From Euryarchaeota archaeon UBA58 (GTDB lineage: Archaea; Thermoplasmatota; Poseidoniia; Poseidoniales; Thalassarchaeaceae): a DNA stretch of 64,000 bases. The notes under the pieces were generated by a model. That model searched no databases, was not told the DNA's origin, and saw only the letters and a list, made by a program, of their open reading frames with translations. Shown one piece after another: positions 47,411 to 56,334 of the stretch. Position 1 is the stretch's first letter, and each line of letters starts with the position of its first letter. The position numbers and the translations under genes were made by a program. The DNA is taken from NCBI GenBank assembly GCA_002498525.1, contig DAHR01000005.1, forward strand, positions 42,478 to 106,477, read 5' to 3'.

Positions 47411-50400
47411 ATGCAGAGTAGAACCGATGATGAGATGGTCCACCAAGAGGGTGAGGCCGAGGTTGGACTCGTCATCGAGAGACGTTTCACCAACGTCGGT
47501 TCAGATCCTTTCGACCAATTCGACTGGATTGAGATGAGTGTCGAGATTCGCAATCCCGACGGCTCTCTGGCGCACGAGATAAATGGCGTCCAGCTACCCT
47601 CGGGCTTCACCGGCGTATCGGGCAAGATCTGCGCTCAGAAATATCTCCGAAAGGCCGGTGTTCCAGCTTCTCTACGCAAGGTGGCGGAGGACGGCGTGCC
47701 TGCCTGGTTGCAGCGCAGTGAGCCGGATCATGAGAAATTGCAGACCTTGGAAGCCGACGACCGATATGTTGGTGAGGTCGATGGTCGTCAGTTGTTCCGC
47801 CGACTTTCTGGCACCTGGACGTACTGGGGTTGGAAGCACGGCTATTTCGCCAGCGAGGCTGATGCTCGTGCTTTCTACGACGAGATGTGTTACCTCATCG
47901 CCAGCCAACGCTCGGCACCGAACAGCCCACAATGGTTCAACACTGGATTGAATTGGGCTTACGGCATCGAGGGACCCCCCCAAGGTCACCATTACATCGA
48001 TGGGATGACCGGGGAATTGAAACTCTCTGAGGATGCTTACACACACCCACAACCCCATGCCTGTTTCATCCAATCTGTCAGTGATTCTCTGGTCGGTGGA
48101 ACCGAGTCGATCATGGGGCTGTGGAACCGTGAGGCTCTGCTCTTCAAGTATGGTTCGGGAACCGGCTCCAATTTCTCGAGGATCCGTGGCGCTGGAGAGC
48201 CGCTTTCAGGCGGTGGAACCTCCAGTGGCCTGCTCTCTTTCCTGAAGATTGGCGACCGCGCGGCGGGCGCTATCAAGTCGGGCGGAACCACACGTCGAGC
48301 AGCCAAAATGGTGACTCTCGACCTCGACCATCCTGATATCGAGAATTTCATCGATTGGAAGCTCAGCGAAGAGGAGAAGGTCTCGGCTCTCGTCATCGGC
48401 TCGACGATTCTGCAGAAGCATTCAGACTCGATTATGAAGTCTGTCTGGGCGCACGATGAGGACGAGGGGCGTTTCGACCCAGCTGTGAATGGTGCACTCA
48501 AGATAGCTATGGTAAAGGCTGTCAGAGACAGTGTTCCTCAGCCACATATCAAGCGGATTCTGGATCTGGCGGGTCAAGGATGGAAGAATATCGATTTCGA
48601 GGTCTTCGATACCAATTGGCAGGGTGAGGGGTACACGACGGTATCCGGTCAGAACAGCAACAACTCGGTTCGTGTCCCGAATTCCTTCATGGATGCTCTA
48701 CGTGACGATGGGGAATGGAATCTCTACCACCGAACCGAGTTGGAGCGGGCGCAGGAATCGGGTCGAGAACCAGAACCCTGCCGCTCGATGCCAGCCGCGG
48801 ACCTGTGGAATAAAATCGCTTACACCGCCTGGGCTTGTGCCGACCCGGGAGTTCAATTCGATACCACGATCAACGAGTGGCACACCTGTCCAGAGGGTGG
48901 GCGTATCAACGGTTCCAACCCTTGTAGCGAGTACATGTTCCTCGATGATACCGCTTGCAATCTAGCGAGTATAAACCTCATCAAATACTACGACAAGCTG
49001 TCTCAGACTTTCGATGTTGAGGATTTCCGGCATAGCGTTCGACTGTGGACGACAACTCTGGAGATCAGTGTTCTGATGGCGCAATTCCCCTCCGCTGAAA
49101 TCGCCCGAAAATCCTACCAGTACCGCACTCTCGGTCTTGGTTACTGCAATCTAGGTTCGCTGCTCACCCACATGGGAATTCCCTACGCCGATGAGCGCGG
49201 CTACGCGATCTGCGGCGCACTCACCTCAATCATGTCTGGAGAATCCTACGCGACGAGCGCTGAGATGGCTTCAATTCTCGGCGCCTTCCCTGGATATGCG
49301 GATAATTCCGAGCACATGCTGCGGGTGATGCGCAATCATCGCAGAGCCGCTTATGATGTTCCGTCCGATGAGTATGAAGGACTGACTGTCGCTCCAATGG
49401 GAATCAATTCCAAGAAATGTCCCAAGGATCTGCTCGAAGGAGCTCGCGCTGCTTGGGAGCGCGCTCTGCGAGAGGGGGAGGAGCATGGCTTCCGCAATGC
49501 TCAGACCACAGTCATCGCGCCGACCGGAACCATCGGTCTGGTGATGGGAGCAGATACCACTGGTGTCGAGCCGCAATTCTCGTTGATCCAGTACAAACAA
49601 CTGGCTGGCGGCGGCTCGTTGAGGATCATCAACAGGGGTGTACCGAACGCCCTCAAGCGCCTTGGCTACACAAATAAACAAGCGCAGATGATCGAGGAGT
49701 ACATCATGGGAACAGCCTCACTCCGCGACAGTCCGGCCGTCTCATCGAAGGCACTCAGAGAATTGGGCTTCGATGCACAGAAAATCAAGAACATCGAAAG
49801 CAGTTTCCCCGATGTCTTCGACCTGAAATCCGCCTTCTCGCCCTCAATCCTCGGCCAAGATTTCTGCACCTCCACCCTCAGCATGACCAATGAGCAATAC
49901 GAAGACCCTTTCTTCGACACTCTGAGACATTTGGGATTCACCCCCTCCGATGTCGAACAGGCCAATGACCATGTCTTCGGATACGGCACCATCGAGGGTG
50001 CTCCCAACCTCAAAGAAGAGCACCTCGCTGTCTTCGACTGTGCTACGCCTTGCGGCAAACATGGTGTTCGCTCAATCGATTGGAAGGCTCACGTCCTGAT
50101 GATGGCGGCCGCTCAACCATTCATCTCAGGAGCTATTTCAAAGACGATCAACATGCCTGCGGATGCCACCATCGAAGAGATTCGCGCCGCCTATGAATTG
50201 AGTCATGAAACCATGAACAAGGCTTGCGCTGTCTACCGCGATGGTTCCAAACTATCTCAGCCGTTGATGAATCAACTCATCGATGAAAGTTCGATCGGTG
50301 AGGATGATGAAGAGAATGAGGCCGTCACCGTGGTCCACAAGATGGTTGAGGAAACCGCAAAGGCGCTACCTATTCCTGCTCCTGCAGCCCGCAGCATCGC

Positions 50401-51064
50401 TGAGCAATTCGTCCATAATTACATCGCCACGCGCAGACCCCTCCCCGATGTTCGTTCGTCGACCACGATGAAGGCACACCTCGGAGGACACACAGTGTAT
50501 CTCTCCTCGAGCACCTATGATGATGGACGACTCGGTGAGATCATGATCACGACCTCGAAGGAGGGCGCTGCTTGGCGCTCATTGCTCAACCAATTCGCCA
50601 TCGCGATCTCGATCGGACTGCAGTACGGCGTGCCATTGGACGCTTTCGTCAAATCATTCACATTCCAGAAATTCGAACCGAGTGGAATGGTCAGTGGAGG
50701 CAGTGGTCGAGTGCGAATGGCCACCTCGATCGTCGACTACATATTCCGAGAATTGGCGATTCAATATCTCTCTCGCGAGGACCTTGCTCATGTCTCGGAA
50801 GAGGACCTCGATACAACATCGATCAGTCGCCCTGAGGTGACTGAAGACGGTGTTGCTCGTAATCAGGGTGAGCGTCGTGATGTTCAATTGACTCTCAATG
50901 CTGTTGCGCCGGTTATCGAAGCTGGAGAAGAGAGGACTCGCAGGCTGGCACGCGAACGTGGATTCACCGGAGACATCTGTGACGATTGTGGCAGCAGTCA
51001 GATGGTGCGTAACGGAACCTGCCTCAAATGCAATGCCTGCGGCGCAACGACCGGTTGCTCTTGA
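47411..51064 (+). CDS. nrdJ: Ribonucleoside-diphosphate/triphosphate reductase, class II (adenosylcobalamin-dependent)
   Basis: LVIERRFT N-terminus, active-site ACNLASINL, C-terminal zinc ribbon CDDCGSSQMVRNGTCLKCNACG. Start chosen at MQSRTDDEM, with GAGGTGA upstream. Confidence 0.85.
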   Translation: MQSRTDDEMVHQEGEAEVGLVIERRFTNVGSDPFDQFDWIEMSVEIRNPDGSLAHEINGVQLPSGFTGVSGKICAQKYLRKAGVPASLRKVAEDGVPAWLQRSEPDHEKLQTLEADDRYVGEVDGRQLFRRLSGTWTYWGWKHGYFASEADARAFYDEMCYLIASQRSAPNSPQWFNTGLNWAYGIEGPPQGHHYIDGMTGELKLSEDAYTHPQPHACFIQSVSDSLVGGTESIMGLWNREALLFKYGSGTGSNFSRIRGAGEPLSGGGTSSGLLSFLKIGDRAAGAIKSGGTTRRAAKMVTLDLDHPDIENFIDWKLSEEEKVSALVIGSTILQKHSDSIMKSVWAHDEDEGRFDPAVNGALKIAMVKAVRDSVPQPHIKRILDLAGQGWKNIDFEVFDTNWQGEGYTTVSGQNSNNSVRVPNSFMDALRDDGEWNLYHRTELERAQESGREPEPCRSMPAADLWNKIAYTAWACADPGVQFDTTINEWHTCPEGGRINGSNPCSEYMFLDDTACNLASINLIKYYDKLSQTFDVEDFRHSVRLWTTTLEISVLMAQFPSAEIARKSYQYRTLGLGYCNLGSLLTHMGIPYADERGYAICGALTSIMSGESYATSAEMASILGAFPGYADNSEHMLRVMRNHRRAAYDVPSDEYEGLTVAPMGINSKKCPKDLLEGARAAWERALREGEEHGFRNAQTTVIAPTGTIGLVMGADTTGVEPQFSLIQYKQLAGGGSLRIINRGVPNALKRLGYTNKQAQMIEEYIMGTASLRDSPAVSSKALRELGFDAQKIKNIESSFPDVFDLKSAFSPSILGQDFCTSTLSMTNEQYEDPFFDTLRHLGFTPSDVEQANDHVFGYGTIEGAPNLKEEHLAVFDCATPCGKHGVRSIDWKAHVLMMAAAQPFISGAISKTINMPADATIEEIRAAYELSHETMNKACAVYRDGSKLSQPLMNQLIDESSIGEDDEENEAVTVVHKMVEETAKALPIPAPAARSIAEQFVHNYIATRRPLPDVRSSTTMKAHLGGHTVYLSSSTYDDGRLGEIMITTSKEGAAWRSLLNQFAIAISIGLQYGVPLDAFVKSFTFQKFEPSGMVSGGSGRVRMATSIVDYIFRELAIQYLSREDLAHVSEEDLDTTSISRPEVTEDGVARNQGERRDVQLTLNAVAPVIEAGEERTRRLARERGFTGDICDDCGSSQMVRNGTCLKCNACGATTGCS

Positions 51065-52399
51065 TCACGGCATCTCAGATGCGGCTTCCTCGCTGCGCAT
51101 CCTGACCATCCGAATGAGTTCGACGTAAGCCGATTCTTCAACAGATTGTATCATATGACAAGTCTGAAGGAATGCCTCGGGAGCGACTCTGTACTGCTCG
51201 ACGATGAGATTCGCCAAACGCGAGCGGCCGATTTCAGATGACTTGACCCAAGCGGAGGGAAGAAGCTCTGAGGGGTCACTCGATTGTGCTCCGAGGTAAT
51301 CCCTGAATCCGGATTCTACGATTCGGTGGAGTGCTCGTTGATTGCCAGAATCGATGATGAGAATGGCGCGAGGAGAGAATTCCTCGGGAGCCAGTCGAGC
51401 CAAAAGACCGACGAAAGTGGCAGCCATGCTCACAGTGCTCTCATCCTCACCCTCAAGAAGGCGGTCGAGGAGAACCAGAGCGAGGCCGTCGTCTTCGGTG
51501 AAGATTCTAGGTAAAGCCTCTGCAACGGCTCGCCGTGCGGCGGGGATTCTGTGTTCTGCACAAGCAACGAGTACATCCTCAGCCTGAGGGCCAGATGACG
51601 AAAGCAACTGAACACCAGCCCTCACGAAGATAGGGGCGGATTCGGCGTCGGCTGAATTGAGACCTCCGAGAACTCGCAGTGGGACCTCGAGAGTGTTGCA
51701 CAAGTACGTGGAGACAGAGAGATTCTCCAACCAGGCTGCGAACAGAGATTGGACATCCGCCTCACCCAGAGCGAGGATGTCGAGTATCACTCCCGCAGCC
51801 ATCGCGCCTGCTGGATGAGGAGGGAGGGGCGAGACTGTCGTCTGCTGAGGGCTCCAAGCAATCTGATGACGCCCTATCGTATTCGAATGAGGCAGAGCGG
51901 ATGGCCTCACAGCGAAGGCGATCGCCTCGAGCAGAGAATAGCAGCCATCGCGAGCGATCTCTGTTCCGGTGAGGCCGAGGCCGATGAGAACTGAAACTCC
52001 CAGATACCATCGATCGGTATTAGGAGAGTCCTCATCGAGTGCTGCTGTCAGCCAGTCTCTCGCCTGCAGCACCAAGACCCTCTGTGCGATGGTCTCTGCG
52101 TTCTTCTCGAGCCATCGGGCTTTCGCCGCCTCAGAATCGATGGCCCGCTTCACATGATCAGGAAGCATTTTCTCCTCGATCTCTGAAAGTCGCATCTCGA
52201 AACCATTCCGATCGATGGCGTAAATCCCCGACGCCTGACGAATCAAAGACTCAGCATCCTTCGGTGGATTAGCTGGGAATTCGGGAAGTTCAAGTGGCGA
52301 ATTCGGAAGTGTGCCTGCTGCGTAGGCTTCTGCCACGGCCTCGACCAACTGCTCGTTAACTCGCTGCCAGACGAGGGCGGAGCCGATTCGGCTGGCCAT
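51065..52399 (-). CDS. Hypothetical alpha-helical (HEAT/ARM-like) protein, probably co-transcribed downstream of tfb
   Basis: 444-aa ORF starting 16 nt after the tfb stop. Repeated amphipathic helices; no catalytic motif recognised. Confidence 0.5.
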   Translation of the reverse strand: MASRIGSALVWQRVNEQLVEAVAEAYAAGTLPNSPLELPEFPANPPKDAESLIRQASGIYAIDRNGFEMRLSEIEEKMLPDHVKRAIDSEAAKARWLEKNAETIAQRVLVLQARDWLTAALDEDSPNTDRWYLGVSVLIGLGLTGTEIARDGCYSLLEAIAFAVRPSALPHSNTIGRHQIAWSPQQTTVSPLPPHPAGAMAAGVILDILALGEADVQSLFAAWLENLSVSTYLCNTLEVPLRVLGGLNSADAESAPIFVRAGVQLLSSSGPQAEDVLVACAEHRIPAARRAVAEALPRIFTEDDGLALVLLDRLLEGEDESTVSMAATFVGLLARLAPEEFSPRAILIIDSGNQRALHRIVESGFRDYLGAQSSDPSELLPSAWVKSSEIGRSRLANLIVEQYRVAPEAFLQTCHMIQSVEESAYVELIRMVRMRSEEAASEMP

Positions 52400-52415
52400 T
52401 ACGAGGCCGCCCGAA

Positions 52416-53342
52416 TCAGATCTCGAGTTCGATGTTCAGGTTCTGAATCAGTTCCTTGTACCTGTTTCGAATCGTGACCTCGGTCACACCAGCGACTTCT
52501 GCAACCTCGCGCTGAGTTCGGCGCTTACCGCACAGAACACTGGCGATGTAGATGATTGAAGCTGCGATGCCCGTGGGTCCGCGCCCACTGGTCAACTCCT
52601 TATCCTGTGCCTTCTGAATCAACTCGTAAGCCTTGGCTCGGACTTCGGCATCGAGGTCCAATCCTGAACAGAACCGCGGGATGTAATCCTCGGGCTTGGT
52701 CGGAGGGATCTTCATCTTCAACTCGCGAACCATGAATCGGTATGTGCGTCCAATCTCCTTGCGACCGGTTCGGCTCGCTTCGCCTATCTCATCGAGAGTG
52801 CGAGGATTGTTGCATTGACGGCAGGCCGCGTACAGCGAGGCTGCTGCGACACCCTCGATCGAGCGGCCGCGGATGAGTCTCTTCTCGACCGCTTTCTTGT
52901 AATTCACTGCGGCCGTCTCGCGGATCGACTTAGGGAGATCGAGGCGGCTCGCCATGCGGTCGAGCTCGGCTAGAGCCATGGCGAGATTGCGCTCGGTCGC
53001 GTTGCTCACACGCGAGCGCTTCTGCCACTTCCTCATGCGATAGAATTGAGAACGGTAACGACTGGAAATCGTCTTGCCGGAGTAATCCTTGTTCTGCCAA
53101 TCGATATCGGTGGACAGTCCCTTGTCATGCAGCATCACAGTCATCGGCGCACCGGTTCGAGCGCGCTGGTCTCCCTGCTCGGGGCTGAAGACGCGCCACT
53201 CAGCGCCTTGGTCGATGACATTGTCTTCAAGGACGAGTCCGCAATCGTCGCAGACGACCTCTCCGCGAGTCTCGTCGCGGGTAAGGTTGCGGCTGCTACA
53301 TTCATTGCATTTCACTATGTCTTCAACTAGATAATCAGCCAT
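52416..53342 (-). CDS. tfb: Transcription initiation factor IIB (TFB)
   Basis: N-terminal zinc ribbon [25 protein letters not shown]-finger, and two cyclin-fold repeats. Confidence 0.9.
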   Translation of the reverse strand: MADYLVEDIVKCNECSSRNLTRDETRGEVVCDDCGLVLEDNVIDQGAEWRVFSPEQGDQRARTGAPMTVMLHDKGLSTDIDWQNKDYSGKTISSRYRSQFYRMRKWQKRSRVSNATERNLAMALAELDRMASRLDLPKSIRETAAVNYKKAVEKRLIRGRSIEGVAAASLYAACRQCNNPRTLDEIGEASRTGRKEIGRTYRFMVRELKMKIPPTKPEDYIPRFCSGLDLDAEVRAKAYELIQKAQDKELTSGRGPTGIAASIIYIASVLCGKRRTQREVAEVAGVTEVTIRNRYKELIQNLNIELEI

Positions 53343-53363
53343 CCCATCACCTCTATTCCATAA

Positions 53364-53382
53364 GGAAAGATAAAATATCCCG
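53364..53382 (-). promoter_or_regulatory. Candidate TATA box/BRE for tfb (TTTTATCTTT on the coding strand)
   Basis: An A/T-rich box sits 24-33 nt upstream of the tfb ATG in an otherwise GC-rich context. Confidence 0.4.
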
Positions 53383-53512
53383 ACTCGACTACCTATTTAA
53401 ACACTACAGGTTGAGAGAATCACTTCGATACAGGCTCCTGCTAGCCTGTGTCGAGCCTCGCCAATGGTGAAATAGCAACGTATTCTCGACAATCTCGTAG
53501 GAGGTGTGTTGG

Positions 53513-55504
53513 ATGAGTGCTTCGTGGCCCCCAACGGAAATCGAACTGGACCCTGACAAAAGGGTGCTGTTCCTCACAAAAGATCTCAATCTGATCCGTC
53601 AGCAACTCTACGAAGGTCTCGATCTGCGAATGGAGGATCTCTCCGTCGGCGATCTGCTCGACGACATCAACACCGATGTCATGACGCCTGCTTGGGTCTG
53701 CTTCGACCACGACCCCGCGATTCTCGCAGAAAACGCATACGCAGGTCTGCTGCACGACGGGCGGCGTGTCTTCGAGCCATTGGCGCTGATGGATGGTGGC
53801 TTCGAGGTAATCGTCAGCGGTCATCGCAAGGGAACAGGCAGCAGTCGCGAGACCGCAGCCCAATGCGAGCGATGGTCTGGAATTCGAATCGTCATCGCCG
53901 CATCATTCGCACCCATCCACGAGCGCAACAACATCAATCTCGGTCAGTTGATGGGTGACCACTCGATGCTTCAACGTCTTCAGGACGGTGAGGTCATCAC
54001 CCTCTCGGAATTCACCGGAAAATTCGACCCGGTAACCCGCCTCATCGTCGAGAACGGAGGCATTCTGCCATTCGCTCGGAAACTCAAGGCCGGTGCGATT
54101 GAGTTGCCGGCAGTCAGTATCGAGCAGTGCCCGATGACGATGGTAGAGAAGATGATCTCCAACAAATTGCTCGGACAGCGAGGACAGCGAGGCTATGTCC
54201 GACCTGGCGATGCGGTACTGGCTCAGGTCGACGGTGGTTATAGCCACGAGTTCACCACCGCTCAGGTTCACACTTTTCTGGCGGAAGAATATGGTGAGGA
54301 TTACATCCTTCCGAACCCGCTGAAATTCGCCGTCTTCGAAGACCATCTTCTGTATGCGACCGGCGTGCCGAGATTCGGGCGCTTCGTCGACAAGATCCAA
54401 CGTCTGAGGGACCTGCAAGTGGCCTTCCAGCAGCACACTGGCGTGCGTGACTACTCGGCTGTCGACGGTGTGAGCCCGGGTATCTGTCATCAGGTCGCGC
54501 GTGAGGAATTCATCGATGTCGGCGACTTCATTCAAGCTACTGACAGCCACACCTGCATGGGTGGCGCCTCCAACGCATTGACCTACGGAGTGGGTTCGAC
54601 GGAATACGCCAATCTGATCTACAATCAATTTGCTTTCGTCAACGTGCCCGAGAGCATTCGCTTCGAGTTGGTGGGCACGCTTGATCCGGGCTGCACGGCT
54701 AAGGATGTGATTCTGCACATCCTCTGGAAGTATGCCGCGCAGTCCGACACTCTGGACCGCTCGATGGAATTCGGGGGAACAGGGTTGGCATCGCTGTCGA
54801 TGGACGAGCGGGCCACGCTTTGCAACATGGCTACAGAATGTTCTGCGAAAACCGGCATCTGCGAGCCGGATGATCTGACTGTCGAGTGGTTGCTCGAAAG
54901 GCGAGCAGGGGCTACGGAGCAAGAGATACGCTCGGCCTTCGTGCTTCCCGATGAAGGCGCGAACTACGATGGCGGAGTTCACACCATCGATATGGATACG
55001 ATTCGTCCGATGGTAGCTCATCCTGGTAACCCCGACGAAGGGGTGCCCTCCGACCCGACGAATGGTGCCTACATCGATGACCTTGGCAAGATTTCAATCG
55101 ACATCGCTTACGCTGGCTCGTGCACCGCTGGCAAGGAGGACGACTTCTCCTATTACGCGATGGTGACCGAAGCGGCTCTGGAGGCCGGATTGACAGTTGC
55201 TGAGGGTGTCGAGTGCTACATTCAATTCGGCTCGAAGACGGTTAAGGAACTCTCCGAGCAGAATGGCTGGTCCGAGATGTTCGAGAGAGCTGGTGTGCAA
55301 CTCATCGATCCGGGGTGCGGGGCTTGCATCGGTGCTGGACCGGGCATCTCTGAGGACTCTGAACAGGTGACTGTCTCGGCGATAAACCGTAATTACCAAG
55401 GTCGCTCAGGCCCCGGCAAGTTGTATCTCGCGAGTCCATTGACGGTGATGGCCAGCGCCTTCGTCGGCCACATCACCGCATGGCACCCAGAACTATTCGC
55501 ATAA
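53513..55504 (+). CDS. Aconitase-family hydro-lyase with swivel (LeuD-like) domain N-terminal to the catalytic (LeuC-like) domain; substrate unknown
   Basis: Swivel motifs VGDLLDDINTDVMTPA and GHRKGTGSSRE; catalytic ATDSHTCMGGA, AGSCTAG, DPGCGACIGAG (three cluster cysteines). Confidence 0.65.
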   Translation: MSASWPPTEIELDPDKRVLFLTKDLNLIRQQLYEGLDLRMEDLSVGDLLDDINTDVMTPAWVCFDHDPAILAENAYAGLLHDGRRVFEPLALMDGGFEVIVSGHRKGTGSSRETAAQCERWSGIRIVIAASFAPIHERNNINLGQLMGDHSMLQRLQDGEVITLSEFTGKFDPVTRLIVENGGILPFARKLKAGAIELPAVSIEQCPMTMVEKMISNKLLGQRGQRGYVRPGDAVLAQVDGGYSHEFTTAQVHTFLAEEYGEDYILPNPLKFAVFEDHLLYATGVPRFGRFVDKIQRLRDLQVAFQQHTGVRDYSAVDGVSPGICHQVAREEFIDVGDFIQATDSHTCMGGASNALTYGVGSTEYANLIYNQFAFVNVPESIRFELVGTLDPGCTAKDVILHILWKYAAQSDTLDRSMEFGGTGLASLSMDERATLCNMATECSAKTGICEPDDLTVEWLLERRAGATEQEIRSAFVLPDEGANYDGGVHTIDMDTIRPMVAHPGNPDEGVPSDPTNGAYIDDLGKISIDIAYAGSCTAGKEDDFSYYAMVTEAALEAGLTVAEGVECYIQFGSKTVKELSEQNGWSEMFERAGVQLIDPGCGACIGAGPGISEDSEQVTVSAINRNYQGRSGPGKLYLASPLTVMASAFVGHITAWHPELFA

Positions 55505-55538
55505 TCTAATTCAAGAACCTCAATTAATTGGACCCTCT

Positions 55539-56201
55539 TTGATGGCTGATTACGAGGTTGAGAAACATACCAGATTGAATCGAATACCCGATCGTGGGCA
55601 CTACGATGAGAAGACCGTTCATTCGATTATCGATTCCGCGTTGATCTGCCATTTGGGCTTCATCGAGAATGGCCGACCATTCGTCATACCCTGCATTCAC
55701 GGGCGGGAAGGGAGGACACTCTACCTGCACGGTGCGAAGGCCAGTCGATTGATGAACGAGAGTGGTTCAGGCAAGGATCTCTGCATCACATTCACGCATA
55801 TCGACGGTATTGTTCTCGCACGCTCGTTATTTCACTCCTCGATGAATTACCGCTCTGTCGTCGCATTTGGCAAAGGCCGTATTTTGGAGGCTGATGGAGA
55901 AAAGATACACGCTCTCAACGTCGTGACGGAAGGATTGTGTCGCGGTAGATGGGAGGGTGGACGCACTCCAACGAAGAAAGAATTGGAAGCGACCTCTGTC
56001 ATCGCCGTCGATATCGAACATGCTGGAGCGAAGATTCGCACCGGTGGTGCGAATGACGACGAGGGAGATCTCTCTGGCCCGTGGTGGGCAGGAGTTCTTC
56101 CGGTCGAGACGAAAATTCACCCTCCGATTCCTTCCGAAGACTTACGAATCGACCCTGCACCACCTCAGCATGTCCTCGACCGAGTCGGCGATGTTCTCTG
56201 A
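55539..56201 (+). CDS. Pyridoxamine 5'-phosphate oxidase-like FMN-binding protein
   Basis: The PNPOx split-barrel pattern (ALICHLGFIENGRPFVIPCIH...LYLHGAKAS). Confidence 0.55.
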   Translation: MMADYEVEKHTRLNRIPDRGHYDEKTVHSIIDSALICHLGFIENGRPFVIPCIHGREGRTLYLHGAKASRLMNESGSGKDLCITFTHIDGIVLARSLFHSSMNYRSVVAFGKGRILEADGEKIHALNVVTEGLCRGRWEGGRTPTKKELEATSVIAVDIEHAGAKIRTGGANDDEGDLSGPWWAGVLPVETKIHPPIPSEDLRIDPAPPQHVLDRVGDVL

Positions 56202-56334
56202 ACGCAGGAGAATTCCGGTCAGAATCCGTCTACCCTCGCCACAGAGTTAAGTGTCCTGCACACTCGCCCTGCACTGACCACGTGCAGGCCCCGTGCCATC
56301 CGGGTATCGGGAGGACCTGAGGGGGGTTTTCGCC

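Noticed and set aside
47411-51064. Possible intein in the long NrdJ
   Set aside because: No intein block motifs (Cys/Ser at an insertion start, a terminal His-Asn followed by Cys/Ser/Thr, an endonuclease LAGLIDADG) were recognisable by eye. The extra length appears distributed.
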